A DNA stretch of 64,000 nt from Aplysia californica (GCF_000002075.1 NW_004797282.1:168590-232589); one strand, 5' to 3'. Positions 50,501 to 58,458 are shown, counted from the stretch's first letter. Numbers and translations are program-made. The notes: generated by a model from the sequence alone, not told the origin.

Positions 50501-51159
50501 TGTGTGTGCTGCCTTCAAAGCCTAGCTTGTTATGTGAAGTGGAGAGCTGTACACATAGCCTCGAGGCTATGTATACGGGAGGGCATACGCATAGCCACGA
50601 GACGTACGCATATATCACTTCGTAAATTATTTGACTGTTGAATTTAGATTCATCTGACTGCTTGTTTTGACCTTGGCCTGGTTTAGTTAGCTCTATTGTT
50701 GTAGCCTTGTTCTTGTAGTGGGACAGTGACTATCGCCAACCACCACATTAGGAAAAAAAACCAAAACAATGGAAACAACAATCATTGGTTAAATTATTAC
50801 ACCCCTCCCCTAACATAAAAACAGTACCAGTTCCCTTTGTTGTTCATTCTATGAATCAACTAAAAAGTCGATTAAATTACATGAAAACTTCCTGTTGAGA
50901 TCTAGATTCTAGTCTTTAACAACCTTAGTTTTTACGACAAAAGAAGGCATGAGGGCAAGGTACAATGTTTTGACCGACTTTGCTTTCTCGTCAACTCGTT
51001 ATAACAACTTATGGAAGACTTTGACTGACACTGACTTTTTTAGAATTAGTAAACTTAAAAGAAACTGCAGAATACATGTCATGTGATAACAACCAAAGAA
51101 AAATACAAATGATTCACCTTGGTCATTCCCACACCAACAACAAAAACTCTACGAGCCAT
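23426..51159 (-). CDS. SCP2: Sterol carrier protein X / SCP2 (peroxisomal 3-ketoacyl-CoA thiolase + SCP2 domain), 532 aa, 18 coding exons
   Basis: Exons (minus strand): 51118-51159, 48349-48406, 47573-47644, 47074-47138, 46102-46165, 43950-44014, 43341-43467, 42957-43020, 41823-41909, 39600-39750, 37362-37413, 36197-36292, 35184-35291, 28764-28917, 27794-27887, 26863-26992, 24335-24411, 23426-23518. All GT-AG, 1599 nt open frame. SCP2-thiolase signatures [22 protein letters not shown] and [11 protein letters not shown]2 domain ...[14 protein letters not shown]-terminal ARL PTS1. Confidence 0.96.
24335..24411 (-). CDS. SCP2: SCP2 exon 17 ([26 protein letters not shown])
   Basis: Canonical splice sites, SCP2 domain. 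Confidence 0.95.
24592..25391. mobile_element. Tc1/mariner-type MITE with TA TSD
   Basis: TA|CAGTCCGTGCCGGCTTTAAGCA...GTGCTTAAAGCCGGCATGGACTG|TA, with subterminal CGGCTT(T/C)AAGCA repeats. Confidence 0.9.
26062..26729. mobile_element. piggyBac-like MITE
   Basis: TTAA|CTCTTTCTGGACGTA...TACGTCCGGAAAGAG|TCAA. Confidence 0.7.
26863..26992 (-). CDS. SCP2: SCP2 exon 16 ([11 protein letters not shown]...[10 protein letters not shown])
   Basis: 130 nt, canonical splice sites. Confidence 0.95.
27794..27887 (-). CDS. SCP2: SCP2 exon 15 (linker, ...[17 protein letters not shown])
   Basis: Phase-consistent GT-AG exon. Confidence 0.9.
28281..28680 (-). mobile_element. SINE-like family B copy
   Basis: Similar to the reverse complement of 62131-62532. 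Shares the 3' tail with family A. Confidence 0.75.
28764..28917 (-). CDS. SCP2: SCP2 exon 14 ([13 protein letters not shown]...QHNLGLGG...GFPEEA)
   Basis: 154 nt, thiolase C-terminal motif. Confidence 0.96.
31682..32475 (-). mobile_element. Tc1/mariner (pogo-like) MITE, copy 3
   Basis: TA|CAGGCGAACCTG...GCAGGTTCGACTG|TA. Same family as 9777-10556. Confidence 0.85.
32501..32733. mobile_element. piggyBac-like MITE
   Basis: TTAA|CCCTATC...GATAGGG|TTAA. Inverted partial copy at about 60833-61025. Confidence 0.8.
35184..35291 (-). CDS. SCP2: SCP2 exon 13 (...[22 protein letters not shown])
   Basis: 108 nt, GHP motif. Confidence 0.96.
35617..35966. mobile_element. mariner-type foldback MITE with TA TSD
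   Basis: TA|CAAGGTCTGTTTCAGAAGTA...TACTTCGGAGACAGACCTCG|TA, with long imperfect arms. Confidence 0.8.
36197..36292 (-). CDS. SCP2: SCP2 exon 12 ([29 protein letters not shown])
   Basis: HDCF motif, canonical splice sites. Confidence 0.96.
36275..36530. repeat. Degenerate ~40-45-bp tandem repeat spanning the exon 12 acceptor
   Basis: About 6 units of ACATCATCTGGAGTAAGACCT(A)GCAACAGAAAAAAAAGTT. Confidence 0.8.
37362..37413 (-). CDS. SCP2: SCP2 exon 11 ([17 protein letters not shown])
   Basis: Canonical splice sites. Confidence 0.93.
39017..39563. mobile_element. piggyBac-like MITE
   Basis: TTAA|CTCCTTCGATGCC...GGCAACGAAAGGG|TTAA. Confidence 0.7.
39600..39750 (-). CDS. SCP2: SCP2 exon 10 ([17 protein letters not shown]...)
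   Basis: 151 nt, canonical splice sites. Confidence 0.96.
40777..41259 (+). mobile_element. 5'-truncated RTE-clade LINE with C-terminal C2H2 finger and 10-bp TSD
   Basis: LRWVGHV..M...[22 protein letters not shown] and CPHC...HIRVH. AGTATATACT is duplicated at 40767-40776 and 41260-41269. Confidence 0.9.
41823..41909 (-). CDS. SCP2: SCP2 exon 9 ([14 protein letters not shown]...LTKLQCC)
   Basis: 87 nt, canonical splice sites. Confidence 0.96.
42134..42630 (+). mobile_element. tRNA-derived SINE family A copy
   Basis: Degenerate A/B-box head. Body is similar to the reverse complement of 46252-46768. Confidence 0.85.
42957..43020 (-). CDS. SCP2: SCP2 exon 8 ([21 protein letters not shown])
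   Basis: 64 nt, canonical splice sites. Confidence 0.96.
43341..43467 (-). CDS. SCP2: SCP2 exon 7 ([11 protein letters not shown]...[16 protein letters not shown])
   Basis: 127 nt, canonical splice sites. Confidence 0.96.
43950..44014 (-). CDS. SCP2: SCP2 exon 6 ([18 protein letters not shown])
   Basis: 65 nt, canonical splice sites. Confidence 0.96.
44582..45944 (+). mobile_element. Full-length mariner (DD34D) transposon, 1363 bp, TA TSD
   Basis: TA|CGAGGGCTG(G/T)CCCACGGAAAACCGGAA TIRs. Transposase motifs WVPKEL, GDET, HDNA and [10 protein letters not shown]. Confidence 0.96.
44744..45846 (+). pseudogene. mariner transposase, frameshifted near 45289
   Basis: Two overlapping ORFs (44744-45292 and 45289-45846). 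A short deletion removes the W..Y residues after GDET. Confidence 0.92.
46102..46165 (-). CDS. SCP2: SCP2 exon 5 ([16 protein letters not shown]; catalytic Cys)
   Basis: Canonical splice sites. Confidence 0.96.
46252..46768 (-). mobile_element. Full-length tRNA-derived SINE (family A, Deu/Nin-like core) with 11-bp TSD
   Basis: Minus-strand A box TGGCCTAAAGG and B box GTTCGAATC. Core GAGGTCCCGTGTGCACGTTAAAGATCCC and (CAAAA)n tail. TGGCAATTTCT at 46241-46251 and 46769-46779. Confidence 0.92.
47074..47138 (-). CDS. SCP2: SCP2 exon 4 ([21 protein letters not shown])
   Basis: Canonical splice sites. Confidence 0.96.
47573..47644 (-). CDS. SCP2: SCP2 exon 3 ([23 protein letters not shown])
   Basis: 72 nt, canonical splice sites. 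Confidence 0.96.
48349..48406 (-). CDS. SCP2: SCP2 exon 2 ([19 protein letters not shown])
   Basis: 58 nt, canonical splice sites. Confidence 0.96.
48990..49587 (+). mobile_element. Decayed RTE-clade LINE 3' fragment
   Basis: [14 protein letters not shown]...[17 protein letters not shown] remnant, (GAT)n tail. Confidence 0.85.
51118..51159 (-). CDS. SCP2: SCP2 exon 1 ([14 protein letters not shown])
   Basis: AAGATGG start context, AAG|GTGAAT donor, thiolase N-terminal motif. Confidence 0.95.
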
Positions 51160-51420
51160 CTTTTTGCGTTAGTACAAGACCGTAAACAGAGGGTTCCACC
51201 GAAGTCCAAGCTCCCAAGATTAAGATAAACTGTTCTGCGATGCTGCTGACTGCTGGCTGAGCCTGATAAACAGAGAGCAGGCCTTCCTCGGCCCCGAGTG
51301 CACTTTACCCTCTTGGTGGCCTCAAACTACACGGCACTTTCAATGACGTTCAAATGACCTGCTTGCTTGATTGTACACACTGTATGTAAGTACTATTTTC
51401 GACGATCAAAAAAGGTACAC
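51160..51420. promoter_or_regulatory. SCP2 5' UTR and proximal promoter (possibly bidirectional)
   Basis: Immediately upstream of the ATG and GC-richer than the background. DR1-like AGGGTA-A-AGTGCA (minus strand, 51299-51311). Confidence 0.5.
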
Positions 51421-53249
51421 CGATTCATGCGCTAGTAAACCAACTGAGCAAGGCATTGTAAAAAGCAAAGTTTTTACAAGAAAAATGGTCTTATTTTATG
51501 ATTAAGATCTTTTTACTTCGGTATAATTAAATATTAAACGATAATAAGGATATTTTCTCTCAACCAGTGAACTATTTTACAGTGGATGTTACAGCTTGAT
51601 GTGTTGTTAGGTTGTGCTAATTTTTGGCGCGGGGTACTGACGGATTCTCGGAAGTTATTGCAAATTTATCGTGTATTCAACAAATGTCGAACCATGGATG
51701 GATGTAATTATTAATTTGTAAATTATCTTGTATTGTTTAATGTACATTTTGTGTTGAACTTTGCCTGCCATCGCCCAGGGAGGACTGTATAAATCGGGTA
51801 AGTGCTAACTGATCAGAGGTCCTCCATGCAACAATGGACGAAATTTGTTGAAAGCTAGAGATATCTAGCAGATCAATCAGAGCAGTCTGTGTTTATTTGA
51901 ACTTCTCGGTGTTGTTTAGAATATTTAAATAGATTCTGTAACAAATTATGACATAAAAAATGTTTTTTTGTTGCTCTGAGGTCCGAATATGTTATGGTTT
52001 TAATGATTTGCTGTGAATGTTTTGATTACATTTTTCTTTGTATTCATCCGCCGTGTCGTGCGGCATAACAGCTGCAACACGGTTGCGCTTAGCTCGTCAA
52101 TTTTATCATTTTGGTACCCGTTTGAATTTAGAAAGTTGAAATGCAGAGAAACTTCTACTTGTACAGCATTTTCACAGCGTACTCGACGTAATTTATGTAA
52201 TATTACTGCCTAAGTAGCTGATGAATGTGATCACGCTCTCTTTTGTTTGCAAAATCACCCTCAGCCCCCCCGGCATGTTTTGCTGTGTAGATCACCATTC
52301 TGGCTGACGCTGTGTGGTCAAAACGACGCTAGGCCTACTGCTACCGATTTGAAGTCATGCAATGATTGGGTAGGCCTAGTGGTTTGTTAATTGATATTAT
52401 TTGCTAGTGTGGTTCCTTTCCTGATTCCCATAGATAATATGTTTGAGAGATGCATGCCACAGGGGAGCAATAAGAAAGCAAATCCTCATTGTGCCTGTCC
52501 ATGGTCATGGTGTTCCCAATTTTGTGTGCTGACTGCAGTGTGTCGGTGTAGTGTAGTTGTAGTGTAGGCTAGATCTAGATATCTAGATCTAATATCTAGA
52601 ATCTAGATCTGATCTAGATCTGGTGTGACATTGTCTTTTGTTTAGGTGTGCACACTTTGCTGCTAGATCTAGATCTAGAATTTAATCTAGATCCACACAC
52701 CTGCAGGCTCCATCAAGAGAATCTAGATTTCTAGAGATCTGGATGTTGATCTAGATCTAGATCTAGTATCATCTAGATCTAGATCTAGAATCTAGTTTCT
52801 CTTTTTTTTCTGTCCATGTATTAGATCTCGAAGTGTATACAGACCCAGTAACCGGGAACAAAGTCACGAAGTATACAGACCCGGTAGGGGAACTCTTTTG
52901 TGATTTCGGGAAGTTTCAGCGCCCAGACCCGGTAGAAATCTAGTGTGTGTGTGAGAGAGAGAGAGAGAGATGCCCCGGTTAGCAGGAAGGAAAGATAGAG
53001 TGGGAAATAGGTGGGGACAAAGAAAGACAGAGACAAACAAAGAAAAAGAGAAGGCGAGCGATACACAGAGGAGAGAGAGAGAGAGGATGACCACTCGATT
53101 GAAATTATGTTCTTTTCTTCAAGGAAGTGGCTATTCTCATCCGGGGTGAGAATAGAAAAACGATCTACCTCTCACCGCGGGTGAGACTTGCCAGCGTAGG
53201 CTATTCTCACCCGGTGCGAAACAAGACCTGCTTTTCCTCATTTTGGAAT

Positions 53250-53830
53250 CGAAGTGGCTAGCCGTACTTAAGTACGGCTAGACCGAGAGTTAAGTACGGC
53301 TAGACTGCCTGTCTAGCCGTACTTAGATCTAGGTTTGGCCCTATCGACTCAAGCCTGTTAAGTACACAGGTCTCAGATCTAGATCTAGTAATTATTAAGG
53401 TTCAAATACATGCAAGTCAGTAAGGCACCTTTTGGTTTTGTCTGAAATACAAATACTTTAGGCATTGCAAACTAAAAATTTCATTTACAATTCAGCCATC
53501 AATATTAAGTACGGCTAGCCTGGCTGTCTACCCGTACTTAAGTACGGCTAGACAAGAAGTCTAGCCGTACTTATCTTAGGCCCTATTAACATTAGAAAAC
53601 AGGAGGTTTAAAATGCATGTACTGTCATTAAGGCACCTGGTTTCGTCTCAAATACAAATACTTTAGGTACTGCACACTAATTTTCACTAAAAATGTATAT
53701 TTACAATTCAGTAGGCCTATTTTTTGTAAATGGTGAGTCTAGCCATCATATTAAGAATAAGTACGGCTAGACTGCGAGTCTAGCCGTACTTAAGTACGGC
53801 TAGACTGCCAGTCTAGCCGTCATTAAGTAC
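53250..53830 (+). mobile_element. MULE-like element C nested in B (last ~14 nt missing)
   Basis: Starts CGAAGTGGCTAGCCGTACTTAAGTACGGCTAG. Homologous to the reverse complement of 55323-56466. Confidence 0.8.
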
Positions 53831-54079
53831 ATACTGTCTATCGGGGCCACCTCTATTCTCACCCGGGATGAGAATAGTGCAGGCGAGTCTTTTGGCTATT
53901 CTCACCCGGTGCGCGTTCACCGTTATAGCCTAGATCTAGGCCAACAAATTTTGCGTCCACCCTAAACCACAGAATTCTACACTGTGATAACAGAAAAATT
54001 GTAGAATTCTGTGCCGTGAACAAATGTTCCATTACAACAGTAGCCTACTAAAAGCGTACAATTTTGTCTGTGGGCAGTG

Positions 54080-54681
54080 GAGAGAGAGAAAGAGAGAGGA
54101 GTAGCGCGAGAACTTCCGGTCAAAACAAAATGGCGACCCGCGTAGTTCGGCTCGATTCGAAAAGTTAAATAGCCATAGCATCTTTTTTGTAGACAACCAA
54201 ATTAATTTACTTTTGTATTTTAACATCATTTTTTAACTTTGTTTTGGTCAATTTGATCGTCCACACCGATAGACAGTATTCAGAAAGAGAGAGAGGGGAG
54301 GAGTAGATCTTGCGAGAACTTCCGGTCAAAACAAAATGGCGACCCGCGTAGTTCGGCTCGATTCGAAAAGTTAAATAGCCATAGCATCTTTTTTGTAGAC
54401 AACCAAATTAATTTACTTTTGTATTTTAACATCATTTTTTAACTTTGTTTTGGTCAATTTGATCGTCCACACCGATAGACAGTATTCAGAAAGAGAGAGA
54501 GGGGAGGAGTAGATCTTGCGAGAACTTCCGGTCAAAACAAAATGGCGACCCGCGTAGTTCGGCTCGATTCAAACAGTGAAATAGCCATAGCATCTTTGAA
54601 GACAATCAAATTAGCTTACTTTTGTGCTATAACGTAATTTTTTCTTGGCTTTTATCAATTTGATCATCCACACCGATAGAC
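54080..54681 (+). repeat. 206-bp tandem repeat, ~3 copies, containing ETS and YY1-like motifs
   Basis: AACTTCCGGTCAAAACAAAATGGCG at 54111, 54317 and 54523. Confidence 0.92.
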
Positions 54682-54961
54682 GGAAGTGAACGCGCACCGG
54701 GTGAGAATAGCCAAAAGACTCGCCTGCACTATTCTCACCCCGGGTGAGAATAGAGATGGCCTTTCTTCAAATTGCGATTCCTCCAACTCCAAAATGGAGG
54801 AAAAAACGATCGCTTATCGAAAAGACATCCGCAATCTTCTTTTAGATCTAGATCTAGGCGAGCCGGGAAACTAGATCAAAGATTTATGTCTGTCTGCCTC
54901 GATCTAGTCTAGATCTAGACCTAGGCCATAGATCTTGAAGAACCTAGATCTAGGTCTACCC

Positions 54962-54994
54962 CACAGAATTCTACACTAAGTGTAGAATTCTGTG
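54962..54994. mobile_element. 33-bp palindromic insert with perfect 8-bp TSD (candidate P-superfamily excision footprint)
   Basis: CACAGAATTCTACACT-A-AGTGTAGAATTCTGTG flanked by GTCTACCC on both sides. Confidence 0.75.
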
Positions 54995-55322
54995 GTCTAC
55001 CCTGAGCCAAGAGGGAGCTGAAACTCTCCGAAATCACAAAAGAGTTCCCCTACCGGGTCTGTATACTTTGTGACTTGGTTCCTGGTTACCGGGTCTGTAT
55101 ACACTCCCATTAGATCTAGCCTACATATGAAAATGTGAAAACGTCTGGAAATATAAAATATGATTTTCTACTTTTATTAGCATTTTAGTAAGGGAGTGTG
55201 CGCACATAGACCCGGTAAATCCCCCTGGGAGGGGGGGGGTGCCGCTGACTGAAGTGTCTTTAGGCCATTCCCAAAGGGGGGGGGGGTGCATTTCTCGTTC
55301 TAATGCACAGTAGAATTGTAAA

Positions 55323-56466
55323 GGAAGAGGCTAGCCGTACTTGATGACGGCTTGACTAGCCGTGCTCTTAAGGCTAGACTGGCTGGCTAGCCGTACTTGT
55401 ACTTATTTGTGATATAATGGCTAGACTGACCCCAAAAAAAGGCCTACTGAATTGTAAATAAATTTTTAGTTTGCAGTACCTAAAGTATTTGTATTTGAGA
55501 CGAAACCAGGTGTCTTAATGTCAGTGCATGTACAGTGGAACTCGGATTCAACGAGGTCGCCGGGCCTGACTTAAAATCTCATTGAATCCGTGTTCGTTAT
55601 AGCAAACATGAGGTTTTGTGTAAATTATTACAGGCACTGAGCACATAATGTGTAAAGAGAAGTCACAAGTAGTGCCTGAAATGCCTGTGTATTATGAGCT
55701 GTGTAAAAAAAAAAAAAGAGCGATTCGTTCAAATGCACACGCCTGTGTCATCTCGAATGTTTACCAAAAAGTGGTGTTACTGTGTAGAGCCTAGCATACA
55801 GCAACTTTTGATTCCAGAGACCAGCTCACAATTCATTACGTAGATCTACGTGAAGACTAGCACTAGCTTATCATTGTAATAATGATCAGTAACCGAATGG
55901 GAAAAAAGACTGATATGTTTGTATCTGCGACGTTCAACACCCGGACTGCTGGTGCCCCCGTTCTGGGAGAAAAATGAGCGAAGCCACGTCTACGGGAACT
56001 GTTCACTCTGGAAGCGACCTCGTTGAATCCGAGCTCGCTGATTTAAGTGCTCGTTGAATCCGGGTTATTTTTATTGATTTTAAAGAGGAAGAAAACGGAA
56101 TCTATCTCATCTCGTTGAATCCAAGTTCCACTGAATTTAAAACCTGAATAATTACTACTGAGACTTGTTTTCTAATGCTAGTAGGGCCTAAGATGAGTAT
56201 GGCTAGACTGGCAGGCTAGCCGTACTTAAGGACGGCTAGACAATCAGGCTAGCCGTACTTATTATTGATGGCTGAATTGTAAATGAAATTTTTAATTTGC
56301 AATGCGTAAAGTACTTGTATTTCAGACAAAACCAAAAGGTGCCTTACTGACTTTCATGTATTTTAAATCTGAATAATTACTAGATCTAGATCTAATTGGA
56401 CCTGTGTACTCAACAGGTTTGAGTCGATAGGGCTGAACCTAGATCTAAGTACGGCTAACCACTTCG
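55323..56466 (-). mobile_element. MULE-like element C' (complete) with 8-9-bp TSD
   Basis: GGAAGAGGCTAGCCGTACTT...AAGTACGGCTAACCACTTCG. Flanks AATTGTAAA and AATTGTAAT. Confidence 0.8.
55533..56133. mobile_element. Tc1/mariner (pogo-like) MITE nested in C'
   Basis: TA|CAGTGGAACTCGGATTCAACGAG...CTCGTTGAATCCAAGTTCCACTG. Absent from the homologous position of copy C. Confidence 0.85.
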
Positions 56467-57009
56467 AATTGTAATTGGGCTGATCCAGCGTCATGCTCTT
56501 AGCTGTGCCTGAACTACAACAGGGAACTACTGCTTTTTCTTTCTTAATCCTTACTAGATCTAGGTCTAGATCTGTCCTCATTTTCCTCTACTTCTTTTGT
56601 ATGTTAATCACACTCATGTGGTCTTGACAGTCAAAGCAGACTTTGTGCTGTTGAAGCTAGAGAGGTGAGCAGAGTAAGTCTGATTCCCTGTAACGACTTC
56701 TCTGTTGACATCCACCCGTTAGCGCTCATATGACTTTATGCAGTTGCGAGCACCATAAAACCTCTACTAAAACAAAAACAACCATGAACAAAGTCAAGAA
56801 GGATACAGACCTGGTAGGGGAAATTTGTTGTGATTTTGGAAAGTTTCAGCACCCTCTTGGCTCAGGGTAGACTTGACTTTGCCACACCTGAGCACCCGCC
56901 GAGCACTCGCCAACCACCCACAGTGTGAATGTGGGGGGGGGGGATTTTTTGTTTACATGAAGGATTTTAGTTTTTTGCTTTAGGGGTGACTAAATGCAAA
57001 ATTCACTGC

Positions 57010-57483
57010 GCACCAAGATTCGACTCTTTAACTGAAACGTCAAGTCTGTGCTCCTCTACGGCTGTGAAACTTGGAAGACAACGAAGACAATACTGGATAA
57101 AATCCAGACTTTCATCAACAGATGTATGAGGAGTATTCTAAGAATTAAGTGGCAGGATAGAATAAGAAATGAAGAGCTGTGGGAAAGGACAGGACAAAAG
57201 GATATAGGAGTAGAAGTAGGACCAAGAAAGTCAAGTGGTGATGGATGGGACACCTTAAGAAAGCCCAGCGGAAACATCACAAGACAGTCACTGCAGTGGA
57301 ACCCACAAGGAGCACGAGGCAGGGGTAGGCCACGGGAAACATGGAGGAGATGGGTGGAAAGGGACATAAGAGAAATAAAGCTCATTGGAACGAGCTTGGA
57401 AGGATGGCCCAGGACAGAGATAAATGGAAGGAGCTTGTATGTGGCCTTTACCCTGCCAGGGGTGAAAGGCACTGATGATGGTG
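57010..57483 (+). mobile_element. RTE-clade LINE 3' fragment
   Basis: LLYGCETWK...FINRCMRSILRIKWQDRIRNEELW and WNPQGARGRGRPRETWRR, with a GAT tail. Confidence 0.9.
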
Positions 57484-58458
57484 AAATGCAAAATAGATTA
57501 CTGCCAAAATCGAACCGTCTTGTTTTCTCGCAGTTCCTTTTGAAGGCATTTTCAAACGAAGTTTAGTCCGTGAACGTTGCCCTAGCCACAATTGAATTAT
57601 CTGAACATTCAGACATTTAAAGATCTCTAGCTCTAGAAAGTGAATTTGATGCAAAAAATGCTTCCTCCCTGTCCTTGCAGAATCGCAGAATAAAAGATGA
57701 TGCCAAAATACTCAAATAACCAAACAGTCTCGAGAGTGGAAACCGTTTGTAGAAATAGAGGTCAAGTTTATTTTCCCGAGCGTTCACAGAGAAACAGTCC
57801 CTTCGTTTTAAAAACCCACATGAAGAATGATTATAAAGTTGAAAAAGCTCATCATGCACATATGTATTTTTCATCAGCCTGTCTTTGCCTTCGACTGGTG
57901 AAGTTATATCTTCTACTGCCTTTTTGGATTTTTTTGTTTTGCTGTTGTTTCGTTTGTTATTTTGCTCTCCTAGTGCCTTCATTTTTTCACCATGAAGCTA
58001 TCATATTTTGAATATTTTTTTAACTTACTCAAAATATTAGTGTTTTGTTATTGCTTTGCTTAGTTGTGACCAGTTGACTGGAAGTTTGACGACACCGGAA
58101 CCAAATGCGGGTAGATGCAGTATACATTTAGTGGCCAAATCAACTTTCTGGCTGCCAAACACAACATACATATGACCAGTAAAATTTTCAAATCAATAGT
58201 TTTTCAAGACAGTCTCAACCTGAGTTACAATAAAACATCAATGCAATGGAATGTTCAAACAACCATACACACACATGCTCACAAACAATTCTAATTCTCA
58301 TAACATCCCAGTGCTGTACTACACTGCCTGTCTTTGATTACACCCCTTTACCCATCACCCACCCTCACATGAGTAGATTCAAGGAAGTTCTTGCACCATA
58401 CACTACAAGTAATAAGGGAGGGTGCACCTTTATAATAGCATTTTATCGTATCATGCGG

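Larger units (their letters stand above)
53123..54761. mobile_element. MULE-like element B nested in A, with 9-bp TSD
   Basis: Ends GG-N6-CTATTCTCA(C/T)CCGGGGTGAGAATAG on both sides. TTTCTTCAA is duplicated at 53114-53122 and 54762-54770. Confidence 0.8.
52829..55108. mobile_element. MULE-like element A (outer layer of nest) with 9-bp TSD
   Basis: ~95-bp TIRs (CGAAGTGTATACAGACC... / ...GGTCTGTATACACTCCC). ATTAGATCT is duplicated at 52820-52828 and 55109-55117. Confidence 0.85.
55218..56781 (+). mobile_element. SINE-like family B copy interrupted by element C'
   Basis: The 5' part (55218-55322) and 3' part (56475-56781) join to match the uninterrupted copy at 62131-62532. Confidence 0.8.

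Noticed and set aside
50549-50612. Palindrome ACATAGCCTCGAGGCTATGT in SCP2 intron 1 as another P-like footprint
   Set aside because: No 8-bp flanking duplication, and it is unrelated to the CACAGAATTC family. Left unexplained.
53250-54681. CRISPR-like array (palindromic repeats with spacers; 206-bp units)
   Set aside because: Eukaryotic context, no cas genes, irregular spacing and non-unique spacers. Transposon subterminal repeats and a tandem duplication explain it.
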